A stretch of 34,317 nt of DNA. Origin: Clostridia bacterium. GTDB lineage: Bacteria; Bacillota; Clostridia; Oscillospirales; CAG-272. The stretch is from assembly GCA_017935195.1 (NCBI GenBank), contig JAGBIB010000105.1, positions 1-34,317 on the forward strand, in the 5' to 3' direction. Positions 8,892-16,647 of the stretch are shown one piece after another. The notes beneath the pieces were generated by a model. It was not told the origin of the DNA, searched no databases, and saw only the letters and a program-made list of their open reading frames with translations. Position 1 is the stretch's first letter. The number at the start of each line of letters is the position of its first letter. Position numbers and translations under genes: made by a program.

Positions 8892-10061
8892 ATGAAACTT
8901 ACAATTGGTGAAAATATCCGCAGATTCCGCAAGAAGAATGATTTAACGCAAGAGGCGCTTGCCGACCGCTTGGGGGTTACGTACCAGTCTGTCAGCCGTT
9001 GGGAAAAGGGAGCTACCTATCCCGATATGGAGCTGCTGCCCGCCATTGCAAGCCTGCTTGAGGTGACGGTCGACGAGCTTTTGGGCGTGCCCTCTATCGA
9101 AAAGGAGAAGCGTGCCGCGGAAGCCTTTGACGAGCTTCGCCGCGAGTGCGTGAAGCGGGACTACGACGCTGAAAAGATCGTAGAGCTCTTACGTGACATC
9201 CGCAGAAACTATCTTGACAGCGACAAGGCGTGGCGTCCTTGGTGCGAGGGGAACAGCAGAGCCTTCCGCGACCCCAAGATCCTGCCCGAGGTGCGTCTGC
9301 TGGCGCAGGCATTTCTTGAACGCCATCCGATGAATCCCCACGTGCTTGAGACCATGGCAGAGATCGAGGACGAGGAGCATCTGCAGCCTTTTCTTGATCG
9401 GTATGCCGCATCCTTCGACTGCTCTCAGCGCGCCTTGCTCTTTGACCGCTATCTGGTGCTTGGGGATGCACAGCGTTTTGAGCCCGAAAGAAGATATAAG
9501 CTTTATAAATCGATCCTTGCGTTCTTTGACACCCGCAACCTGCTGAAGATGGGGGCAAGCAGAGAGGAACGGGAGATGGCAGAGCTTTTCAGAACCCGAA
9601 TGCTCTCGCTGGTGCGCAGTGATGCCGTGGATGAGTGTCCCGATATGTGGGTAGACGAACGTATAGAGTTTGGCTTTTGGGAAAGCGCACTGCTTGCGGG
9701 GAAGGGCAAAAAAGAGGAGGCGATCTCCAACCTTGAAAAGGTGGTCGGTCTGTTAGAAGACACCATGAAGATCACCGAAAAGGTTCTTTTACCCACCTCC
9801 TGCCGCTTCCTTGAGGGGATGGAGGTTTATGCCGAGGAGAGGTGGAGCGACCGTGACAACCATCCCGACAGTCCCGACGAGCGCTTTATCTTCGTGGTTA
9901 CGCACATCGGAAAGATGTGTACCTGCAGCTGCATCTATCCCGCAAACTACAGCGACAGTCTGCACTCGGAATCCTTTGCCTCTTTGAGAGACGACCCCGC
10001 ATTTGAAGTACTTTGCGATAGGGTAAAGGCGCTGATTTTAACAAGACCCAAGCAAGCTTGA
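8892..10061 (+). CDS. XRE-family HTH transcriptional regulator with long helical C-terminal domain
   Basis: IGENIRRFRKKNDLTQEALADRLGVTYQSVSRWEKG.TYPD; ATG 8892 after GGAGG. Confidence 0.88.
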   Translation: MKLTIGENIRRFRKKNDLTQEALADRLGVTYQSVSRWEKGATYPDMELLPAIASLLEVTVDELLGVPSIEKEKRAAEAFDELRRECVKRDYDAEKIVELLRDIRRNYLDSDKAWRPWCEGNSRAFRDPKILPEVRLLAQAFLERHPMNPHVLETMAEIEDEEHLQPFLDRYAASFDCSQRALLFDRYLVLGDAQRFEPERRYKLYKSILAFFDTRNLLKMGASREEREMAELFRTRMLSLVRSDAVDECPDMWVDERIEFGFWESALLAGKGKKEEAISNLEKVVGLLEDTMKITEKVLLPTSCRFLEGMEVYAEERWSDRDNHPDSPDERFIFVVTHIGKMCTCSCIYPANYSDSLHSESFASLRDDPAFEVLCDRVKALILTRPKQA

Positions 10062-10077
10062 CAACCTATTTAAAATG

Positions 10078-10106
10078 AAAAACGACGGGAAAACCCGTCG
10101 TTTTTT
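10078..10106 (+). terminator. Intrinsic terminator, bidirectional
   Basis: AAAAACGACGGG-AAAA-CCCGTCGTTTTTT between convergent genes. Confidence 0.8.
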
Positions 10107-10121
10107 GTGCTATTTTTCTCG

Positions 10122-10217
10122 CCAAACGGTAGTTTGGAGCGTCAAAAGCTTTTGAAGATTCTAAAGGAACTTTTCACGAAAAGATCCTTGCACGGGTTTT
10201 AGGGCAAAGCCCTAAAA
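10122..10217. repeat. REP/MITE-like composite palindromic element, copy B
   Basis: CCAAACGGTAGTTTGG, AAAGCTTTTG, AAGGAACTTTT..AAAAGATCCTT, TTTTAGGGC-AAA-GCCCTAAAA; same order of modules as copy A. Confidence 0.7.
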
Positions 10218-10220
10218 AAC

Positions 10221-11126
10221 TCAGCTTCTGCTATCAATATAACGGCAAGCGGCAAGAGCGGCAACGGCACCGTCGGAGATGGCGGTCGCCACTTGTCTGA
10301 TCGACTTGGTGCGGCAGTCGCCTGCGGTAAAGATGCCGGGGGCGCTTGTGGTGCAAGTCTCGGTTGCCGAAATGTAGCCGCGGTCAAGGGTGACAAGGCC
10401 TTCAAAGGGGGCGTTGTCGGGGGCAAGTCCGATGGCAACGAAGACGCCGTCGGAGGAAAGGGTCTGCTCTTCGCCCTTCACGGTGATGGAGGTATAAAGG
10501 GTCTCGCCCTCCTTTTTGAAGGAGTTTACCGTGGCAGAGCAGATCACAGACACGTTTTTGCGGGAAGATAGAATATCCTGCAGGCTTTGCTCGCCCGTTA
10601 AAAAATCGAGGTTTTGCACCACGGTGACCTTGCTTGAGGTTTCGGAAAGCAGTACAGCCTCTTGAAGGGCAGAGTTGCCGCCGCCGATGACCAGCACCTC
10701 CTTGCCTTCAAAGAAGGCGCCGTCGCAAACGGCACAGAAGGAGATGCCCTCTCCCACCAGAGCCTCTTCGCCGGGCACGCCCAGAAGGCGGTGCTTGGCG
10801 CCGGTTGCGATGATGACGGTCTTTCCTTCATAGGATGCCCCGCCCTCGCAAAGCAGCTTTTTATGGTCACCGCAGTCCTCTATGCCGGTGACCGTTTCGA
10901 TCTCGATTTCAGCGCCCAGATTTAATGCCTGCTCCACCATCTTGTCGGCAAGCTCCATACCCGAGAGGGCGGCAAACCCGGGATAGTTTTCAATTTTGGG
11001 TGAGTAGGTCATCTGTCCGCCAAAGCTTCCTTTTTCAAGGATGAGCGCACTTTTGCCCGCTCTTCTTGCGTAAATTGCGGCACAAAGTCCCGCAGGACCT
11101 GCGCCCACGATGAGAATATCGTACAT
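10221..11126 (-). CDS. trxB: Thioredoxin-disulfide reductase (TrxB-like flavoprotein)
   Basis: GAGPAG, ENYPG, IIATGA, CAVCDG active site, GGGNSA, AGD, QVATA. Confidence 0.92.
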   Translation of the reverse strand: MYDILIVGAGPAGLCAAIYARRAGKSALILEKGSFGGQMTYSPKIENYPGFAALSGMELADKMVEQALNLGAEIEIETVTGIEDCGDHKKLLCEGGASYEGKTVIIATGAKHRLLGVPGEEALVGEGISFCAVCDGAFFEGKEVLVIGGGNSALQEAVLLSETSSKVTVVQNLDFLTGEQSLQDILSSRKNVSVICSATVNSFKKEGETLYTSITVKGEEQTLSSDGVFVAIGLAPDNAPFEGLVTLDRGYISATETCTTSAPGIFTAGDCRTKSIRQVATAISDGAVAALAACRYIDSRS

Positions 11127-11206
11127 TTTTCAAATCCTTTCGTTTTTACAGAAGACAAGGGGTTGTCTTAGATTTGCAATTTGAAGCAGACTCTTTGTTT
11201 TCTGCG

Positions 11207-11429
11207 TTTTTTATGCCGAAGACAATTCGTTGCATACTCGCTTTGCTAAAATCTGTATCTGATGATTTGACGGCAAGCCGTCATGAATTGATGCTTCGCA
11301 TCATGATTTCTCGTCGGCTTTCGCTCCTCCATGATTTGAATTGCCCTGCTTTTTTATGCCGCAGGCAATTCATGACCCGCAGGGTCAATTCATGGCGATA
11401 GCCAATTCGTGCCCATAGGGCAATTCATT
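11207..11429. repeat. Array of short hairpins separated by ATTC(A/G), in two orientations
   Basis: TGCC-GCA-GGCA, TGACCC-GCA-GGGTCA, TGGC-GATA-GCCA, TGCCC-ATA-GGGCA each followed by ATTCR; inverted units TGACGGC-AA-GCCGTCA and TGATGC-TTC-GCATCA separated by TGAAT/TGATT. Confidence 0.8.
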
Positions 11430-11463
11430 GGGGGTGTCTCAAATGTAAATTTGAGACACCCCC
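11430..11463 (-). terminator. Perfect hairpin after nrdD stop (terminator or stabiliser)
   Basis: GGGGGTGTCTCAAAT-GTAA-ATTTGAGACACCCCC, 15-bp stem; no clear U tract. Confidence 0.6.
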
Positions 11464-11470
11464 TCTTGGA

Positions 11471-13858
11471 TTATTTTGCAGAATTGATATAGCCTTTGAT
11501 CTCCGAAACGCCCACATACTTCTTGTAGTCCTTGCCGTCGCTGACCACCAGAGTGGGAGCCTGCATAATGCCGTAGGACTTGGCAAGAGCGGCGTGCTCG
11601 TTTGCCAGCAGCTTTTCAAAGCCGATACCTGCCTTTTCAAGCATGGGTACTGCGATCTTGCAGTTGGGGCAGGTGGCGGTGGTGAAGAGGATGGTTCTTG
11701 CCTCCTCCTCGGCCTGCATAATGGGAGTAGCGTCTGCGGGCGCTTCCTCTGCCGCCTTCTTGGGGGCACCGTGCTTTAAGACGGAGGTCTCGATCACGTA
11801 CTCCTTGCGGTGCTTGAACTCCTGAGACTTGCCCGCGTTCCAGTTCTGAACGGGACGGTAGTAGCCGGTGATTCTGGAGTAGACCTCGGTCTTCTTGCCG
11901 CACTTGGGGCAGGTGTATTCCTCGCCCGAGATGTAGCCGTGCTCACTGCACACAGAGTAGGTGGGAGAGAGGGTATAGTAGGGCAGAGAATAGTTTTCCG
12001 CAATCTTTCTTACCAGATTTGCCGCTGCCTGCCAGTCGGTCACCTTCTCGCCCAGGAAGGCGTGGAAGACGGTACCCGAGGTGTAAAGGGTCTGCAGCTC
12101 GTCCTGAATATCCAGTGCATCGAAGATGTCGCTGGTGTAGGATACGGGCAGGTGGGAGGAGTTGGTGTAGTAGGGGGTGTCGCCCTCGTTCTTGGCGGCG
12201 GTGATGATGTTGGGGAAGCGGGCAACGTCGTGCTTTGCAAGACGGTAGGAGGTGGACTCTGCGGGGGTCGCCTCCAGGTTATAAAGGTCACCGTACTGCT
12301 CCTGATAGTCGGACAGGCGCTCTCTCATGTGATTGAGCACATCCTTGGTGAACTGCTGAGCGCTTTCGTGGGTCAGATCCTTATGGAGCCACGATGCATT
12401 CAAGCACGCTTCGTTCATGCCGACAAGACCGATGGTGGAGAAGTGGTTTGCAAAGCTTCCGAGATAGTGCTTGGTGTAGGGGTAAAGTCCCTCTTCAAGG
12501 AGCTTGGTGATGATGGTTCTCTTGACCTTCAGGGATCTTGCGGCAATGTCCATCATCTTGTCAAGTCTCTTGTAGAATTCCTCGGGAGAGGAGGACAGGT
12601 ATGCAATTCTGGGCATATTGATGGTGACAACGCCCACCGAACCCGTGGACTCACCCGAGCCGAAGAAGCCGCCCGACTTCTTTCTCAGCTCACGCAGGTC
12701 AAGACGGAGTCTGCAGCACATGGAACGAACGTCCGAAGGCTCCATATCCGAGTTGATATAGTTGGAGAAATAGGGAGTACCGTACTTGGCGGTCATCTCA
12801 AAGAGCAGCTTGTTGTTTTCGGTCTCCGACCAGTCGAAGTTCTTGGTGATGGAGTAGGTGGGGATGGGATACTGGAAGCCTCTGCCGTTGGCATCGCCCT
12901 CGATCATGACCTCGATAAAGGCCTTGTTGACCATATCCATCTCAGCCTGGCAGTCGCCGTAGGTGTAGTTCTGCTCCTTGCCGCCCACGATTGCGGGCTG
13001 ATCCTTCAAGTCTGCGGGCACCGTCCAGTCAAGGGTGATGTTGGAGAAGGGTGCCTGGGTACCCCAACGGGAGGGGGTGTTCACGCCGTAGATGAAGGAT
13101 TCAATGCACTTCTTTACCTGATCGTAGTTCAACTGATCGTACTTGACGAATGCGGCAAGATAGGTGTCGAAGGAGGAGAATGCCTGCGCGCCCGCCCACT
13201 CGTTTTGCATGATGCCAAGGAAGTTGACCATCTGGTTGCAAAGGGTTGCCAGATGCTTTGCGGGGGCGGAGGTGATCTTGCCGGTCACGCCGCCAAGACC
13301 CTCTTTGATCAGCTGCTTCAACGACCATCCTGCACAGTATCCGGTAAGCATTGCCAGGTCGTGGAGGTGAATGTCGGCGTTGCGGTGTGCGCCTGCGATC
13401 TCCTCGTCGTAGATCTCGGACAGCCAATAGTTTGCGGTGATGGCACCGGAGTTGGAGAGGATCAGACCGCCCACCGAGTAGGTAACGGTGGAGTTTTCCT
13501 TTACTCTCCAGTCAAGGTCCTTTACGTAGGAGTCTACCACTGCCTTGTAGTCAAGGTAGGTAGAGTTCATGTTTCTGATCTTTTCTCTCTGCTTACGGTA
13601 AAGGATGTATGCCTTTGCCACGTCGTCGTAGCCTGCCTTGATCAGCACCGTTTCCACGCTGTCCTGAATATCTTCCACGCTGACCTTGCCGTCCTTGACC
13701 TTGGTGGCGTAGTCTGCGGTCACCTTCAGCGCCAGCAGATCGATGATATCGTCGTTGAATTCCTTGCTCTGTGCTTCAAATGCCTTCTTGATGGCTGCAG
13801 AGATCTTGGAAAGGTCAAAGTTTGCAACCTTACCGTCTCTTTTCACTACCTGATACAT
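11471..13858 (-). CDS. nrdD: Anaerobic (class III) ribonucleoside-triphosphate reductase with N-terminal ATP cone and C-terminal glutaredoxin-like domain
   Basis: VVKRDG ATP cone, HLHDL, SMCCRL finger loop, EATPAE, CSEHG/CPKC Zn site, YSRITGYYRP glycyl radical loop; C-terminal LFTTATCPNC...QAPTLVV. Confidence 0.95.
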   Translation of the reverse strand: MYQVVKRDGKVANFDLSKISAAIKKAFEAQSKEFNDDIIDLLALKVTADYATKVKDGKVSVEDIQDSVETVLIKAGYDDVAKAYILYRKQREKIRNMNSTYLDYKAVVDSYVKDLDWRVKENSTVTYSVGGLILSNSGAITANYWLSEIYDEEIAGAHRNADIHLHDLAMLTGYCAGWSLKQLIKEGLGGVTGKITSAPAKHLATLCNQMVNFLGIMQNEWAGAQAFSSFDTYLAAFVKYDQLNYDQVKKCIESFIYGVNTPSRWGTQAPFSNITLDWTVPADLKDQPAIVGGKEQNYTYGDCQAEMDMVNKAFIEVMIEGDANGRGFQYPIPTYSITKNFDWSETENNKLLFEMTAKYGTPYFSNYINSDMEPSDVRSMCCRLRLDLRELRKKSGGFFGSGESTGSVGVVTINMPRIAYLSSSPEEFYKRLDKMMDIAARSLKVKRTIITKLLEEGLYPYTKHYLGSFANHFSTIGLVGMNEACLNASWLHKDLTHESAQQFTKDVLNHMRERLSDYQEQYGDLYNLEATPAESTSYRLAKHDVARFPNIITAAKNEGDTPYYTNSSHLPVSYTSDIFDALDIQDELQTLYTSGTVFHAFLGEKVTDWQAAANLVRKIAENYSLPYYTLSPTYSVCSEHGYISGEEYTCPKCGKKTEVYSRITGYYRPVQNWNAGKSQEFKHRKEYVIETSVLKHGAPKKAAEEAPADATPIMQAEEEARTILFTTATCPNCKIAVPMLEKAGIGFEKLLANEHAALAKSYGIMQAPTLVVSDGKDYKKYVGVSEIKGYINSAK

Positions 13859-13939
13859 TGCGTTCCTCCGTTGATTTTGTTGTTTTTATATTGTTGTACG
13901 TTGCTTGTCTTTTTGTTCTGCGCAAACCGCAGCAACGAT

Positions 13940-13968
13940 ATTGTAGCAGATAACATCTCTCTTGTCAA
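13940..13968 (-). promoter_or_regulatory. sigma70 promoter of nrdD
   Basis: TTGACA-17 bp-TACAAT with TG extension on the minus strand. Confidence 0.75.
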
Positions 13969-13975
13969 GGGGGGA

Positions 13976-14023
13976 CAACAATATTTTGACAAAATTTTTC
14001 CTCCACACCACAAGATATAGTGG
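13976..14023. promoter_or_regulatory. Tandem NrdR boxes
   Basis: CAACAATATTTTGACA (13976-13991) and CCACAAGATATAGTGG (14008-14023), 32 bp apart, resembling acaCwAtATaTwGtgt, upstream of nrdD. Confidence 0.75.
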
Positions 14024-14077
14024 TTTGGAGGAAAAGTTAAAAAATATAACGCAGTGGTAGAAAAAGCGGGAAAAAGG

Positions 14078-14776
14078 TCAAATTCCACGCAGGGACACCC
14101 TTTTGGCGTAAGGCGTCAGATGGGGAAGGAAGGTGCGGAGCGCCTCCTCGTCATAGCCCGTCACGGTGGGGTCAAGCACCGTTTCCCCGGCCTTAAATGC
14201 CTGTAAATACCAGCTTTCCGCTCCCTTGATCAGCTCGCCCGCGCCTATGAGAGAGTCAAGATCGTGGAAGGAGCGGGTGACGGTGGTGCGGAATTCGTAG
14301 GGCGTCTGCCCCCTCATTAAAAGGTCGATGGAGGTTAAAACGGGGGCAAGGTCGAAGCGTTCCACGCCCACCGTTTGCCCGTAGCGCTCGGCTGAATTTT
14401 TGATGTCCATTGCCACGTAGTCCGCTGCCTCTGCCTCAAGGACCTTCAAAAGAGCGTCGGGTCTTGTGCCGTTGGTGTCAAGCTTTGTTTTGAAGCCCAT
14501 TTTTTTGATTTTCAAAAGGAAGTCGGCAACCCCCTCCTGCAAGAGGGGCTCGCCCCCCGACAGGCAGACGGCATCAATCTTCTTTTTTCTGCCTTCAAGA
14601 AAATAGAAAAGATCGTCAAGATCGATGAAGGTGGGCATTTCCTCGTCCTTGCCCGTGACTAAGGAGGAGTTGTGGCAGAAGGGACAGCGCATATTGCACC
14701 CGGGGGTAAAGAGGGTGGTGGCGATGAGTCCGGGGTAGTCTACCATGGAAAGCTTTTGAATGCCCTTGATGATCAT
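14078..14776 (-). CDS. nrdG: Anaerobic RNR activating radical SAM enzyme
   Basis: SMVDYPG, CNMRCPFCHN, SGGEP, LDTNG, AMDIK, EFRTT; adjacent to nrdD. Confidence 0.92.
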   Translation of the reverse strand: MIIKGIQKLSMVDYPGLIATTLFTPGCNMRCPFCHNSSLVTGKDEEMPTFIDLDDLFYFLEGRKKKIDAVCLSGGEPLLQEGVADFLLKIKKMGFKTKLDTNGTRPDALLKVLEAEAADYVAMDIKNSAERYGQTVGVERFDLAPVLTSIDLLMRGQTPYEFRTTVTRSFHDLDSLIGAGELIKGAESWYLQAFKAGETVLDPTVTGYDEEALRTFLPHLTPYAKRVSLRGI

Positions 14777-15258
14777 GGATTCTCCTCCTTTGTTGGCAGG
14801 GGATGCGTTTGGATATACTCTTCAAGGATGTCTGCGGCGGAGACAATGCTGTCGATGCACCCTTTTCTTGCGGAATAATAGCCCTCGGTGCGCTCCTCGG
14901 GCTTGCCGCCCACCTCCGCCTTTATTTTGGTGCGTTCAAGGATCTCGGCACAGATCATCGAGCCGTTTCTCTTCTCGAATTCCTTGCCGATGGTGCGTAC
15001 CCTTTCGTAGTGTGCCGCCTTGCCGTCGTTATCTCCCGGCTGATAGTCGCCGTAAAGAAGACCCAAGGCGATGAAGGCACCGCTCAGCGCCCCGCACACC
15101 AGCCGCATCCTGCCCATTCCTCCGCCGAAGGAGGCGGAGAGCGCAAGGGCGGTCTTTTCGTCAAGACCCGTTTCGTTGCCGAAGGCACAAAGCACTGCCT
15201 GAGCGCAGGTGTAGCCCTTTAAGAAATAGTTTTTTGCAAGTGTTCCTTTGGTGGTCAT
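14773..15258 (-). CDS. C-GCAxxG-C-C family putative redox-active protein
   Basis: GYTCAQAV, FGGGMG, CGALSG, GSMICAE, terminal Cys. Confidence 0.88.
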   Translation of the reverse strand: MTTKGTLAKNYFLKGYTCAQAVLCAFGNETGLDEKTALALSASFGGGMGRMRLVCGALSGAFIALGLLYGDYQPGDNDGKAAHYERVRTIGKEFEKRNGSMICAEILERTKIKAEVGGKPEERTEGYYSARKGCIDSIVSAADILEEYIQTHPLPTKEENP

Positions 15259-15286
15259 AAATGCTCCTTTGGGTAAAAATGATGAT

Positions 15287-15574
15287 GAGTGCGGAGTAGT
15301 GATGAGTGCGGAATGCGGAGTACGGAGTTGTGGAAGTTTTTCGACCGACGGTCGAAAAACACTATAAAATTAAAAGCTATTGTTTAAAAGCTATTGAAAG
15401 CTGTTCGGTTGGGTGCGGACATTGACAGTCGTTTTCTTATTTTCTTAATTGATAGTTGTTTTTTTAGTTGGTTGATAGTCGTTTTTTTTGGTCAATAGTC
15501 TTTTTTATTTCGTTTATTTCGGTAGCTTTTCTCACTTTGCGAGAAAAGCTACCGTAACTCCGCACTCCGCACTT
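15287..15574. repeat. Element with inverted heptamer-repeat ends and internal hairpins/tandem repeats
   Basis: GAGTGCG-GAATGCG-GAGTACG-GAGT on the left, ACTCCGC-ACTCCGC-ACT on the right; hairpins GTTTTTCGACC-GAC-GGTCGAAAAAC and CGGTAGCTTTTCTC..GAGAAAAGCTACCG. Confidence 0.7.
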
Positions 15575-15575
15575 C

Positions 15576-16391
15576 TTATTCCTGCTTCGCATTCCGCGCT
15601 TCTTCAAAAATCGCCATATTCCGCTCCACCGTCTTACGCCCTCTCCAGGCAAAGGCACGCTCCTTGAAGGCGTCGCCCTGCAGTCCTTCAAGGATCTCGG
15701 GAGTCAGGCTTTCGATCCGCTCTTCGTAAAAGAAGGGAATGTCGGTCTTTTGGACTCTTTTGTTCAGTGGGCAGGAGGTCTGGCAGAGGTCACAACCCCA
15801 TAAAAGCTTCGTTTTCAAGACCAACGCCTCCTCTTCTGGAGTCAGCTCGCCCTTTTTTTGCCCGATGCCCGAGGCACAGCTCTCAAAATGACAGGGGCAG
15901 GCTTTTTTGCAGGAACCGCAGTGCAGGCACAGATCTCTGTGTTCCTGCGCCATATCTGTTTTGGGCAGGACGGAGGGGTCGAGATCGGAGAGTATCTCGC
16001 AAAGAAAGACGAAGCTCCCGTATTTTTCGGTGATCAGCAATCCGTGATCACCGATGCACCCCAGCCCCGCAAGGGCGGCGGCGTGCCGCTCGTCGATGGG
16101 AGAGTGGTCTGAAAAAAGGGCGAAGCGGTTTTGGGGGTACAGCGAAGAGAGTGAGGGAGAAAGACGCTCCCAAAGCTCCTTTGCGTAAAGATGGTAGTCT
16201 TTTGATCTTGCATAAAGGGAGAGATTGCCTTCGGGTGTTCCCGCAAAATAGGGGATGATCAGCATCAGCACCGATCGGGGGACAAACTCAAGCCTTTGAA
16301 GCAGGCGGTCGTTGATCACCCGACATTCTTCAAAGGGCAGAGGGGCGAACAGCTCGATGCCTTCGTTTTTTAAAAGGATCTCTGTTGTCAT
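15576..16391 (-). CDS. queG: Epoxyqueuosine reductase QueG-like FeS protein
   Basis: SLYARSKDYH, D.SPIDER.AA.LAGLG, YGSFVFL, CLHCGSCKKACP, WGCDLCQTSCPLN; start at 16391 after AAGGAGG. Confidence 0.8.
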   Translation of the reverse strand: MTTEILLKNEGIELFAPLPFEECRVINDRLLQRLEFVPRSVLMLIIPYFAGTPEGNLSLYARSKDYHLYAKELWERLSPSLSSLYPQNRFALFSDHSPIDERHAAALAGLGCIGDHGLLITEKYGSFVFLCEILSDLDPSVLPKTDMAQEHRDLCLHCGSCKKACPCHFESCASGIGQKKGELTPEEEALVLKTKLLWGCDLCQTSCPLNKRVQKTDIPFFYEERIESLTPEILEGLQGDAFKERAFAWRGRKTVERNMAIFEEARNAKQE

Positions 16392-16440
16392 CAGCACTCC
16401 CTCCTTCGTTAAATCGACATTAAATCGACTGTTTGCTTTT

Positions 16441-16469
16441 ATCATAGCACAGGACGGAGGGAAAAACAA
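16441..16469 (-). promoter_or_regulatory. Putative promoter of queG
   Basis: TTGTTT-17 bp-TATGAT with TG extension. Confidence 0.5.
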
Positions 16470-16566
16470 GGGTACATTTGTATTTTTGTGCGGATTTTCA
16501 AAAGGAGCGAAGCGCTGTTTGCAAAAAGAAAGGGAGCAGAGAGCTAAAAGAATAGAGAAAATGCGC

Positions 16567-16595
16567 TTGACAAGAGGGTTAAAAAAAGGTACAAT
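16567..16595 (+). promoter_or_regulatory. sigma70 promoter of topoisomerase B-subunit gene
   Basis: TTGACA-17 bp-TACAAT. Confidence 0.75.
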
Positions 16596-16647
16596 ATAAG
16601 GGATATGGAATGAACCGAAAAGGAAAAACGAGCAAGGAGGAGCACCT

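Noticed and set aside
11207-11429. CRISPR array interpretation
   Set aside because: The constant part is under 10 bp, inserts are self-complementary and too short for spacers, and there are no cas genes.
11810-14020. 736-aa plus-strand ORF antisense to nrdD
   Set aside because: Shadow ORF from strong codon bias of nrdD; no motifs, no SD, V/G/L-rich composition typical of the antisense frame.
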